A DNA stretch of 64,000 nt from an uncultured bacterium (GTDB taxonomy: Bacteria > Patescibacteriota > Patescibacteriia > Patescibacteriales > UBA12465). This document shows, piece by piece, positions 1 through 8,490 of the stretch. How positions within the stretch are numbered: the first letter of the stretch is position 1; each line of letters begins with the position of its first letter. The notes beneath the pieces were generated by a model that saw only the letters and a program-made list of their open reading frames with translations, was not told where the DNA came from and did not search any database. Position numbers and translations under genes: made by a program. The stretch spans positions 345,159 through 409,158 of the forward strand of contig OW818634.1 of NCBI GenBank assembly GCA_942492765.1, written 5' to 3'.

Positions 1-63
1 CTTCTCAGTCTCGCCAGTCGTATAGACGGCATGAGCCTTGATTTCTTCATTGATTACAGGCAT
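1..63 (-). CDS. 5' end of a CDS leaving the window (MPVINEEIKAHAVYTTGETEK...); weak resemblance to an IF-3 N-terminus
   Basis: ATG at 61-63 on the minus strand opens a frame that runs to position 1. The INEEI[KR]A..V...GE pattern recalls InfC, but the fragment is too short to decide. Confidence 0.25.
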   Translation of the reverse strand, partial: MPVINEEIKAHAVYTTGETEK

Positions 64-121
64 ATGCTTCCATTATATTACCATCCGGCTAATAGGTCAA
101 TAAGTGTCATTAGGGGTCAAA

Positions 122-1261
122 TTAACTGCGATAAATCCTTAAATATTCCTTAACCATGGCCGCAGTAGAAAAATCCTGACCGGCTAATCCCGTTCCCGAC
201 CCTGACTTCTCGCTCTCCCCTAGATTACTCAATAATTTCAAGAATACCGCCTGATCATTAAGATTAAAACATTTCTCCGGACCGATTATTTCCTCGTTCC
301 CTCCGACCCGGCTAGCTAAGGCTGGTATGCCAGCGCGAACTGCTTCGATCAAGCTAAGCGATAAGCCCTCAAATATTGAAGGCAAGACGAATAAATCAAA
401 AGACTTTAAAAAACGGCTCGCATCTTTTATCTCGCCTCCCAGCAAGACCTCATTCTCTAATTTATAAGACTTAATCAGTCCTTCATATTTAGCCCGCTCC
501 GGACCTTCGCCTATCAATAATAGTTTCGCGTTCGGCCGAATCGCCCTAGCAGCCTTATGAACATTGATCAAGAATTCATAGTTCTTCGGATAAGCTAAGC
601 GGCCGATAGAACCATAGACGAAAGCGGTCTGGAAATCCGCGGCTGCTTCTGGGACCAAGCCTAATATTTTTGCCAATTCTCCGCGCGCCGCTTCCCTGTC
701 TAATAGATATCCCGGCGCGAAATCGCGCCCGTTATAGACTAGATGGCTCTTAGCTCCGACTTTCAATAAGCCGGAAGCGATAGCGAATTCCTGATTCAAG
801 CGGCTGACAAAGATGAGATCATCTAATTTTCTAAAAGCGGCCTTGAAGAAAAGGCGATAAGCGGCTCTCAATACTCCGGCGGCTTTATGTCCGCCGTCTA
901 GGAGCGAAAGCCCGTGGACAGTGAAGACTAAGCGCGGCTTCGGCTGCAAACGGCTCAATCCCCAGACCCCCAAGAGCGCGTTCGTGCTATTAAGATGAAC
1001 GACATTGAACTTCTCTTGAGCGACATAGCTATTCAGTTCAGCCAAAAATCTTAACCACTTCAAGGGATTGAGACCGCGCTCTAAATTCTTTAAGCGGCGG
1101 AAAGGAATACCGGATTTTTCCAGTTCCGCAGGCAGATATTCTCCTGGTCCGCCAGCGACAACGACGTCTTCCCCGGATAATTTCAACCCTTGCGCTAGAT
1201 AAAGCGCAAAATTCTGAGCCCCGCCAATTTCGCTTTTAGTTATAACTAGAAGTATTTTCAT
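122..1261 (-). CDS. glycosyltransferase, GT4/GT1 family
   Basis: 379-aa ORF. It has an N-terminal MKILLV..S..GGAQ Rossmann start and a C-terminal LPS..EG..L...EA.A.G.P motif typical of GT4 enzymes. Confidence 0.8.
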   Translation of the reverse strand: MKILLVITKSEIGGAQNFALYLAQGLKLSGEDVVVAGGPGEYLPAELEKSGIPFRRLKNLERGLNPLKWLRFLAELNSYVAQEKFNVVHLNSTNALLGVWGLSRLQPKPRLVFTVHGLSLLDGGHKAAGVLRAAYRLFFKAAFRKLDDLIFVSRLNQEFAIASGLLKVGAKSHLVYNGRDFAPGYLLDREAARGELAKILGLVPEAAADFQTAFVYGSIGRLAYPKNYEFLINVHKAARAIRPNAKLLLIGEGPERAKYEGLIKSYKLENEVLLGGEIKDASRFLKSFDLFVLPSIFEGLSLSLIEAVRAGIPALASRVGGNEEIIGPEKCFNLNDQAVFLKLLSNLGESEKSGSGTGLAGQDFSTAAMVKEYLRIYRS

Positions 1262-1318
1262 ATCTTTAATTCTAGCATTTTTTCAGAAGAATGCCATCTC
1301 CCCGCGCAAAGAAAAAAC

Positions 1319-1327
1319 TGCTATAAT
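1319..1327 (+). promoter_or_regulatory. extended -10 promoter element (tgctataat)
   Basis: TGnTATAAT lies 19 nt upstream of the DedA ATG at 1347. Confidence 0.5.
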
Positions 1328-1346
1328 GATATAGTAAATCAAAATT

Positions 1347-2156
1347 ATGGAACAAGGTCTGAATTTCTTCCTCGCTATCTCCGGCCGCTTCGCCTGGCTG
1401 GGTAATTGGCTATTCTTCTTTATCGCTCTGGTTGAATGCGTGCCCTTCATAGGCGCCTTCTTTCCGGGAGCGACTATGATAAATGTCGGCAGTTTTTTTG
1501 CCGCCCAGGGATTTTTCAATGTCTGGGGCCTCATTATCTTCGCTTTTGTCGGCGCCGTACTCGGCGACTGGAGCGGCTACGCGCTCGGGCGCTGGGGCGG
1601 AAAATGGCTGGAAGAAAAAGGGATTATCAAGACCGCCTGGCTCGCTAAAGGCGAAGAATTCTTCCAGAAATACGGCACGAAGAGCATACTCTGGGGCCGC
1701 TTCTTCGGTGCGACACGGGCGGTCGTGCCCTTCGTCGCCGGCGCTTCTAAGATGAAGCAGAGGACTTTCTTGTTCTGGAATATAATCAGCGCGCTAGTCT
1801 GGGCGTTCTGGAATGTCGGCCTCGGTTATTTTTCCGGTAATCTGATTGCCGTTATCATTGAAAAATGGTCACAAAAGATCGGAGCCGGACTTTCGATCAT
1901 AGCGGTCATCGCTCTGATATATCTGACAATTAAAAAACATGGCGAGAGCTATTGGCAATATTTCAAGCACGTCACTTCTGTCTTCATGGAAAAAATAGCG
2001 GCTAATTCTTGGTTCCAGGATCTGAGCCGCCGTCAGCCGGCTATTCCAGAAATCATCAGCGTCAAAAAAAGCCAGGAAAAGATTTTCGCCGGCTTTATCG
2101 GACTAATAAGTTTGATTATCATCTATCTTCTCGTCCTGATATTGGACCTGTTCTAG
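1347..2156 (+). CDS. DedA/SNARE-associated family membrane protein
   Basis: 269-aa polytopic ORF. The E.VPFIG.F.PG...... and G..GR..G....FV.G motifs are typical of DedA. Confidence 0.85.
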   Translation: MEQGLNFFLAISGRFAWLGNWLFFFIALVECVPFIGAFFPGATMINVGSFFAAQGFFNVWGLIIFAFVGAVLGDWSGYALGRWGGKWLEEKGIIKTAWLAKGEEFFQKYGTKSILWGRFFGATRAVVPFVAGASKMKQRTFLFWNIISALVWAFWNVGLGYFSGNLIAVIIEKWSQKIGAGLSIIAVIALIYLTIKKHGESYWQYFKHVTSVFMEKIAANSWFQDLSRRQPAIPEIISVKKSQEKIFAGFIGLISLIIIYLLVLILDLF

Positions 2157-2157
2157 G

Positions 2158-2796
2158 TTATTCTGTTTCTTTATCTGTGAATATAACTAATCTTTTTGAA
2201 TAGCTCTTAGAATCTTTGTCCCAAACCCCTTCGCAGGTAATAAGATTAAGGTGCGCTTTGCCGTCGGCGACGTTAAATATGCTCGCTACATCTGCTTTAG
2301 GGTGATAGCGCTTAATTTCCCGGACCACGAAAATAGTGGTCGATCCCTGGCTATCTTGCACATATAACTTATCACCCGCCCGCAACTTATGCAGGTTATC
2401 AAATACCGACCCCCGGCCATTCTTGCGGCCGTAATGTCCAGTAATGACGGCACTGCCGCTTTCTCCGGGGCGCGGCCCGATATTGAACCAGGCCACATTT
2501 GAAAAATTTTTCGGTATGCCGACTGCTCCCTTAGGCGTTAAGCCGACACTCTCGAAGGCGGCATCAACTTTTATCTTAGGAATCTTAAGACGTACGGGCA
2601 AACCGGGATTGGCCTGCGCTGGCTCGATTTTTGCCTGATTCTGTTTTAAAAAAGTAGTCGCATCCTGAACGAAAAATTCTGGGCTGCTCTGAGTCGATCT
2701 AATAGGAAGAATACAAAAGATAGCTCCTGAAAAAAACACTATTCCTGTCAGAATAATCTTTAACGACCCTCGTTTGGCAGACTTTTTTGCTTTCAT
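2158..2796 (-). CDS. sortase family transpeptidase
   Basis: It has an N-terminal membrane anchor, ITGH, LITC (the catalytic Cys in a TLxTC-like motif) and a downstream Arg. It sits next to an LPNTG substrate. Confidence 0.8.
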   Translation of the reverse strand: MKAKKSAKRGSLKIILTGIVFFSGAIFCILPIRSTQSSPEFFVQDATTFLKQNQAKIEPAQANPGLPVRLKIPKIKVDAAFESVGLTPKGAVGIPKNFSNVAWFNIGPRPGESGSAVITGHYGRKNGRGSVFDNLHKLRAGDKLYVQDSQGSTTIFVVREIKRYHPKADVASIFNVADGKAHLNLITCEGVWDKDSKSYSKRLVIFTDKETE

Positions 2797-2817
2797 GAAT
2801 TGAGATAATCAACCCAT

Positions 2818-2843
2818 AAAGGCCCCGCTCGAGCGGGGCCTTT
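2818..2843 (-). terminator. perfect 26-nt palindromic hairpin (aaaggccccgctc/gagcggggccttt)
   Basis: A GC-rich stem is flanked by A and T runs. It lies between the stop of the LPNTG gene and the start of the sortase gene. Confidence 0.55.
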
Positions 2844-2864
2844 ATAGCTATGCTCGAAATAAGA

Positions 2865-4673
2865 TTACGCGCGCTTTCGCAAAATAACGGCCATAGAAAC
2901 TGAAATTAAGACAAGAGCTCCGGCCAGCATTATCCATAAGATATTGCCTTCTGGGGCTAAACCGGTATTTGGCAGAGCTGGAACCGCGGTAGCTACGACG
3001 ACGGTTGCAATGGCTAAATCTCTCGCGATCAGACCATTCGCTTCGCCGGTAGCGATAGCGGTATTGGTCGTCGTTTCGGTAAGCTTGGATTGGCAAGTAT
3101 AGGTCCAGACCTCGGCCACATCTAATTTAGAATCCATATTAATATCGCCGGAAATATATTGCATCGGGCTGCATTTGTCATCAGTCAGAGTCACGTTGCT
3201 GAGCGCAACCGTTCCCGGGTTGCTTATCTTCTCGGTATAAGTGACCCAGCCGCCGCCAGCGAGTAAAGCGAGCGGTTTCGGCAGCTTAGTCACATGGATC
3301 AAAGGTGGCACTATCGGCAGGCCGACGACGACGTGAGCGCTAGCAATATCAACGGCGCTCAAGCCGTTAGCCCAGCCGGTCGCGACGACGGTGTTCGTAT
3401 GAGTCTCCGAGAGTGTCGTGGAGCAGGTATATTTCCAGGTCTCACTGACTTCCAGTTTGCTATTGCTATTCATATCCCCAGAAATCAACTTAATCGGGCT
3501 GCAAGTATCGCCAATCATCGTGATATCGGTAACTGGTACAGTACCGATATTGCGGAGAGTATAGGTATACTCTACCAAGCCCGGTCCGCTCGGCAGGGCT
3601 AGGGGATTAGGCACTTTCACTACCTCTATAAGCGGAGGAACTGGCGGAGCGATAACAGGCGAGCCGATATCATTGTTAGTGACGATACAGAATTTATTCT
3701 CTCCGGGCGAAAGATTGACATAGCCGGCGGCATCGCAGTCGCCAGAGAATGTCCGAGTATAATTAGGGCTGGTAGTTTCGGTAACGACATAGACGCCGGC
3801 TGGCGCTCGGAAAGTATTGGTGATACCGGAAACAACCGGAACGTCGCTAACAAACAAAGGAAAATCAGCTACAGTTTTGGTGCCGCCATTATCGTTAATA
3901 ACCACCTTGACGACGTTGATCGTCCCGGTGCGGATCGAACTGCCTCCAGAAGAAACAGCGGCGCAGGTCGGGCCAGTGATAGTATCGCTTAACAGAGTCA
4001 CATCGCCGCCGACAGCCAAAGCGCGGCCATCCAAAGTGACATTAGCGCCAAAATGAATACCTGTCCCGGCTAGAATCGTACCGACAAAAGAGCTGCCATT
4101 GATGGTCGCTAATGTTTCCACACGCCAGAAAACATCGCAAGCCCTGGCTCCGTTAATAAGATTAATCGAGCCGGAAGAAATCAAATCGCTGGAGGCTCTG
4201 AATATATAGACACCCGGACCGTCGAGAGTAAGTATGCCACCATTCAGCCGCCCAGCGCCAATATCATAGACTCCCGAAGAAAGAACTAAACCATCGAGAA
4301 CCGGACCTTGACTAGAGGTCAGGGGCTGGCTCGGAATGCCTGTCGTAAAGGCGGTGCTAGCGTCGGCTTGAACGCTCGGCGCTAAGATAGCCGTCGCTCC
4401 ATCGGGTCCGGTACCGTTCGTATCATATATCGTCCCTGCCACTTCCCCAGTCGTTAAGCCAGCATAATTAGTGCCGGCGGCATTCAATCCGACATCGCCG
4501 CTAATAACGGAGGTCGGAGAATTGGTAATAGCCGTATTGGCTAAAATTGAAAAACTCGCCGCTGCTCCGAGATCTGGCAACGTGGCCGCCGCCTGTACAG
4601 GAGCCAGTCCTGATAAGCCGAGCAAAAAAGCTACGGCTAGGGCGACTGCTAGAATCTTGTTATTTTTGTTCAT
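2865..4673 (-). CDS. LPXTG-anchored surface protein with an N-terminal ice-binding-like (DUF3494-type) beta-solenoid and two tandem ~115-aa conserved repeat domains
   Basis: It has a signal peptide and an LGAAASFSILA...ITN.....ISGDVG start typical of DUF3494. Two PPLI.V.K.P.PLAL...G...YT units follow. The C-terminus is LPNTG plus a hydrophobic stretch and RKRA. Confidence 0.8.
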   Translation of the reverse strand: MNKNNKILAVALAVAFLLGLSGLAPVQAAATLPDLGAAASFSILANTAITNSPTSVISGDVGLNAAGTNYAGLTTGEVAGTIYDTNGTGPDGATAILAPSVQADASTAFTTGIPSQPLTSSQGPVLDGLVLSSGVYDIGAGRLNGGILTLDGPGVYIFRASSDLISSGSINLINGARACDVFWRVETLATINGSSFVGTILAGTGIHFGANVTLDGRALAVGGDVTLLSDTITGPTCAAVSSGGSSIRTGTINVVKVVINDNGGTKTVADFPLFVSDVPVVSGITNTFRAPAGVYVVTETTSPNYTRTFSGDCDAAGYVNLSPGENKFCIVTNNDIGSPVIAPPVPPLIEVVKVPNPLALPSGPGLVEYTYTLRNIGTVPVTDITMIGDTCSPIKLISGDMNSNSKLEVSETWKYTCSTTLSETHTNTVVATGWANGLSAVDIASAHVVVGLPIVPPLIHVTKLPKPLALLAGGGWVTYTEKISNPGTVALSNVTLTDDKCSPMQYISGDINMDSKLDVAEVWTYTCQSKLTETTTNTAIATGEANGLIARDLAIATVVVATAVPALPNTGLAPEGNILWIMLAGALVLISVSMAVILRKRA

Positions 4674-5115
4674 AAACTTTTAAATTAATACTAAATATAT
4701 GTAAATTTTCTATTTATTATAAGAAGATTGGAATTATCAAAAAAGCCCAAACAACACTTGTCTGAGCTTCTAATGCGAGCTTCTCTATGAACTTTTAAAT
4801 TAAACATATCTTAATCATACCACAAACCGCCTAAGCATGATATAGGCTGGCCTAATCATGGCCATTGATGCGACAATCGCGCTCCTCCGGACCATAAAGA
4901 TCCCTGATCTGTCCGCAACGCAAGCACTTAATCTCAATGTGGCCCTTGAAGTCTCCTTTAAAGAGCAATTTCCCGCAATTGCAGCGGTGCTCATTTAGAA
5001 CCGAAGGTGATGTCATTTATTTATGGAGATAATGAACTTCTTTTGAGCCTCTGAATAAAATTATGCCATATTTAAGATATTACGTAAATACCGGCTATGG
5101 CCATTGCTAAATTCA

Positions 5116-5124
5116 TGATATAAT
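5116..5124 (+). promoter_or_regulatory. extended -10 promoter element (tgatataat)
   Basis: TGnTATAAT lies 33 nt upstream of the hemerythrin ATG. Confidence 0.5.
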
Positions 5125-5157
5125 ATATAAAAGATAAGAAATTAAAATAAAAAAAAT

Positions 5158-5571
5158 ATGGCCACGATTAATTGGACCAAGGAATATTCGGTCGGCGTCA
5201 AGGAGCTAGACGAACAGCACCAGAAGCTGATCGCTATTATCAACCAGCTCTTCACCCTCTACTCTGAGAAAAAATTCAAGGATATCGATGTCGAGCCGAT
5301 CTTCAAGCAATTGCTTGATTATGCGGATTATCATTTCAGCACTGAAGAGCATTATTTTGCTCTTTATAATTACGAGAAGAAGGAGCCGCATATTGCCATG
5401 CATGATGCCTATCGCCAGAAAATCAAGGACCTGAAAGATGAATATGATGCCAACAATAGCGAGAAGACTCTCTTCGCCATCAATAACTTCCTTAATGACT
5501 GGTGGATATGGCATATCAATAATGCTGATAAGGAATACACCGCCTACTTTAACGCCAACGGCTTAAAATAA
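5158..5571 (+). CDS. bacteriohemerythrin (hemerythrin-like metal-binding protein)
   Basis: The ORF starts W...YSVGV.ELD.QH..L and has H..EE, H and W..H....D ligand-bearing helices. Its 137-aa size is typical. Confidence 0.85.
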   Translation: MATINWTKEYSVGVKELDEQHQKLIAIINQLFTLYSEKKFKDIDVEPIFKQLLDYADYHFSTEEHYFALYNYEKKEPHIAMHDAYRQKIKDLKDEYDANNSEKTLFAINNFLNDWWIWHINNADKEYTAYFNANGLK

Positions 5572-5586
5572 ACCTCATATACAAAA

Positions 5587-5613
5587 ATACCCGGCTTTAG
5601 CTGGGTATTTTTT
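5587..5613 (+). terminator. intrinsic terminator after hemerythrin
   Basis: The stem atacccg/tgggtat is followed by a T7 run. Confidence 0.55.
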
Positions 5614-5730
5614 ATATGTGTTGACAAAACATCAAGAAAAATGCTAAGTTATTCTGACCAAATATACCTTATTTGGCAAACTAAATCAGTCCTTTAAAAA
5701 CAGAATGCAAACAATAAAAACCACATAATA

Positions 5731-7257
5731 ATGGAAAACTTAAGCATGTTGCAGACTTCCGGCCAGGATCGGAAAATCGCTAAATTTCTAGCTTCTAAGA
5801 TTGAATGTCTTATCGTTCTCTTAGGAATACCGACTTTTTCGCAGAAAATAACGACCGTTTTCGGCAACAGACAATATATAACCCTGGCTGAATTAAGCCA
5901 ATTATATTGCCGCCTGCCCAAAGAACGTCTCGACGAATTAAAACCAGTGCTCAGCCAGATCGCCAGCGATTTCATGGGCTGGCTTAATTTCTTCAAGACT
6001 TATCGCTTTAATAAAGCGATTAGGCCTCTAGCGGTCGGCGTCATGATAACATTCGCTAAGACCTTTGAAGAAAGGCGGCTGATGCTCGAATATCTGGAAG
6101 AAAAAGAAAGGAGCCTGGTGCTCGAAACTATGAAGATTGACGCCAAAGATTGGCCAGAAGTCATAGTTATCTTGAACCAAGAGTTCGACGCTAAACTATA
6201 TAAGATGGCTTTACGCTTAGCCAGACACGATAAAGAAAAGCTACTGGCTATGACCAGGCTGACAAATATCAGCAACCAAAGACGAGCCTATCTTTATAGG
6301 CGCCTATTAGAGATGGATGATTCGCTGACGAGCGAAGAATTTCTTTCTATGTATAGATGTTTAAATCATAAATCAATCATGCGCCCCCGGATCATCGCGA
6401 TCCTAGAGAAACAAAAAAATCCTTTTTCTTTCTGGTTTAGAATATACCAGGTGGAACTTCATAATAGCCGACTGAAAAATCTCGGCTGGAACAAGCTTAA
6501 GGATGTCGAAGTATCTCCTGAAATACTTGTAAAAACCTGCAATAACTGCAGAGACAAGAAATTCATGGGGCTGGCGGCTGCCAAGCTGCGAGAAATGAAA
6601 CTATCCCAAGAACATTGGGAAAAATTGTATGACGCAACGACGCTCAACGCGCCGCAAATACGAGAAACAATCCTAGATAAGCAGAGATTAGCGATATCCC
6701 TTGACGCCAGTCAAGAATCGATGAAAATCTCAGCCCTGCTATATATTAAGAGCATCCATTATTACCCGATCATCGCCGAAAATATCATGATCGGCATGAT
6801 AAATTCCCTACCCGAACGCCATAATCCGACCGGATTAAGGTTTGCGGCCGCAGAACTCCCTGCTCAGCATCCTAACCTTCCCAAGGCTTGGCCGCTTAAG
6901 GATAAGCGCCAAGACCCCCTAGGACTGCAAGCCGCGCTTAAAGAGCGTTCCGCTCGATTGAATATGATAAGAAGCCTAATAATAAAAAGCGACACGCATT
7001 CTTTTAAGAAAATAATGCTGGTGTTAGCTCCGAAAATTAGCGACCACGAAGAATGGATCAATCTTTCAAAACAATCCAAACCCTACCCCCACCTCCAAAG
7101 ATTGATCATCGAAGAATATAGAAAATTTTTCATCCAAGATTTCCGGTACAGACACATGTCATCTCCTTCCGCAAAAACCACTCCTACCGACCTGCGGAAT
7201 CGCGAGATTCGGAAAATCTGGGAAATAAAATTAAAAGAAGTAAAATTAGTTGCCTAA
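5731..7257 (+). CDS. hypothetical all-alpha cytoplasmic protein (508 aa), no recognisable family
   Basis: This is a long uninterrupted ORF in a visibly AT-richer stretch, followed by two hairpin terminators. I recognise no motifs in it. Confidence 0.5.
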   Translation: MENLSMLQTSGQDRKIAKFLASKIECLIVLLGIPTFSQKITTVFGNRQYITLAELSQLYCRLPKERLDELKPVLSQIASDFMGWLNFFKTYRFNKAIRPLAVGVMITFAKTFEERRLMLEYLEEKERSLVLETMKIDAKDWPEVIVILNQEFDAKLYKMALRLARHDKEKLLAMTRLTNISNQRRAYLYRRLLEMDDSLTSEEFLSMYRCLNHKSIMRPRIIAILEKQKNPFSFWFRIYQVELHNSRLKNLGWNKLKDVEVSPEILVKTCNNCRDKKFMGLAAAKLREMKLSQEHWEKLYDATTLNAPQIRETILDKQRLAISLDASQESMKISALLYIKSIHYYPIIAENIMIGMINSLPERHNPTGLRFAAAELPAQHPNLPKAWPLKDKRQDPLGLQAALKERSARLNMIRSLIIKSDTHSFKKIMLVLAPKISDHEEWINLSKQSKPYPHLQRLIIEEYRKFFIQDFRYRHMSSPSAKTTPTDLRNREIRKIWEIKLKEVKLVA

Positions 7258-7303
7258 CTTACTGCCCCAAAGCCAATCCTCGGATTGGCTTTTTTATTTA
7301 CTA

Positions 7304-7353
7304 AAAAACACCCGAGCGGGTGTTTTATTTTATGGGCGGAGAGGCAGGGATTC
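7304..7353 (-). repeat. partial duplicate of the tRNA-Ser(TGA) 3' end plus its terminator hairpin
   Basis: The 50-nt unit aaaaacacccgagcgggtgttttattttatgggcggagaggcagggattc closely matches 7411-7461. Its last 18 nt (7336-7353) are identical to tRNA positions 7444-7461. Confidence 0.7.
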
Positions 7354-7444
7354 ACCCCTCCGCTTCGCTTCGGAGTGTAAACTTCTCATCCCTGCTTTCA
7401 TCCACAAAACAAAAACACCCCTGCGGGTGTTTTCATTTTGTGAG

Positions 7445-7531
7445 CGGAGAGGCAGGGATTCGAACCCTGGGTCGACTTTCATCGACGACAGTTTTCAAGA
7501 CTGTTCCATTAAACCGCTCTGGCACCTCTCC
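7445..7531 (-). tRNA. tRNA-Ser (anticodon TGA)
   Basis: Reverse complement GGAGAGGTGCCAGAGCGG...ACAGT-CTTGAAA-ACTGT folds as a cloverleaf. It has a long variable arm, a CAGGG-TTCGAAT-CCCTG T arm and a 7-bp acceptor stem. Confidence 0.9.
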
Positions 7532-7629
7532 TAATTTTTTCTAAAATTAGTCTAACATATAAATATTTCAAAAACAAGCCGCCCTTTTTCATTGGGGCGG
7601 CTTGTTTAAAAATATCGCTTAACTCAAAT

Positions 7630-8391
7630 TTAGTCGAATAAATTGCCTCCATCCTCGATCATCGGGACTGGAGCAGTGCTGGTTGCCGAAGTCCGGCAAG
7701 CTTTCAAGCTCTCCTGATAGGCCTTCCAGGTATCGCTCTGAAGCTTCTTAGAAGCTTCTCTTATCACTTTGTGAGCTTCACCGAAAGTCTTGACGCAAGC
7801 GTTCAGGGTCTCGCGCGGAGACGAGGTAGCAATAACGGCAGCCTGCTGGCAAGCGCTGCGAGCAGACAGGGCGACATTAAGCTCAGTAGCCGCAACAGTC
7901 ACTCTCGCCATCAAAGCCTTATCTTTGACATCGATAGCTGACACGACGCAAGCGGAAATCTCCGGGGCGATAATGAAAGGAGTCGAAGTGGCCCTCTTCT
8001 TGATGCCCCAAAGAGCAGTGCCTATCCTCTGAATCTTCTCATACATATTAACCAGTCCCGGATGCTCGATCTTCTCTAACTTATTCGAATCTTCAGGCTT
8101 CTTCAGTTCGATTCGCTCAGTCGAAGTCGCTTTTCTAACACCAAACAAGGAATTACCGATCTTCTTGATCATCTGGAAATACTTGATATATTCCGGGGAA
8201 GGAATCTTTTCTAAATCAGCAGGAACAGTGGTTGTAGTCGCGGTCGCCGGATATGATGTCGTGACTGCCTCAGTCGCAGTGATCACGGTCGTAGCTTCGA
8301 CCTCTGAATCCGTGTCTTCCGCTCTCACGGCTGTCGCGATCAAGCCGAAAACGAAAGAAGCGATAATCAGAGAATAGATTGTCTTCTTCAT
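7630..8391 (-). CDS. secreted hypothetical protein with an internal tandem repeat
   Basis: It has a signal peptide and a T/A-rich linker. Two copies of [YM][FY]..I..IG..L[FW]G[VI][RK]K are present. Confidence 0.5.
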   Translation of the reverse strand: MKKTIYSLIIASFVFGLIATAVRAEDTDSEVEATTVITATEAVTTSYPATATTTTVPADLEKIPSPEYIKYFQMIKKIGNSLFGVRKATSTERIELKKPEDSNKLEKIEHPGLVNMYEKIQRIGTALWGIKKRATSTPFIIAPEISACVVSAIDVKDKALMARVTVAATELNVALSARSACQQAAVIATSSPRETLNACVKTFGEAHKVIREASKKLQSDTWKAYQESLKACRTSATSTAPVPMIEDGGNLFD

Positions 8392-8490
8392 AGTTTTTTA
8401 AGATTAATTAATAAAACTTAACCTTTATTTATTATACAACATCTACTATAATAAATAAATCGCTCAAAAAATTAATTACTCTGGATAGTT

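Noticed and set aside
1283-1534. 83-aa minus-strand ORF overlapping the start of the DedA gene.
   Set aside because: It overlaps the DedA promoter and coding start. Its composition is basic and low-complexity, and it has no motif support.
4858-4998. 46-aa ORF (MAIDATIALLRTIKIPDLSATQ...) in the intergenic region upstream of the hemerythrin gene, locally GC-richer than its surroundings.
   Set aside because: It has no SD or -10 box in a suitable position and no recognisable family. It could be a gene remnant, but the evidence is insufficient to call it.
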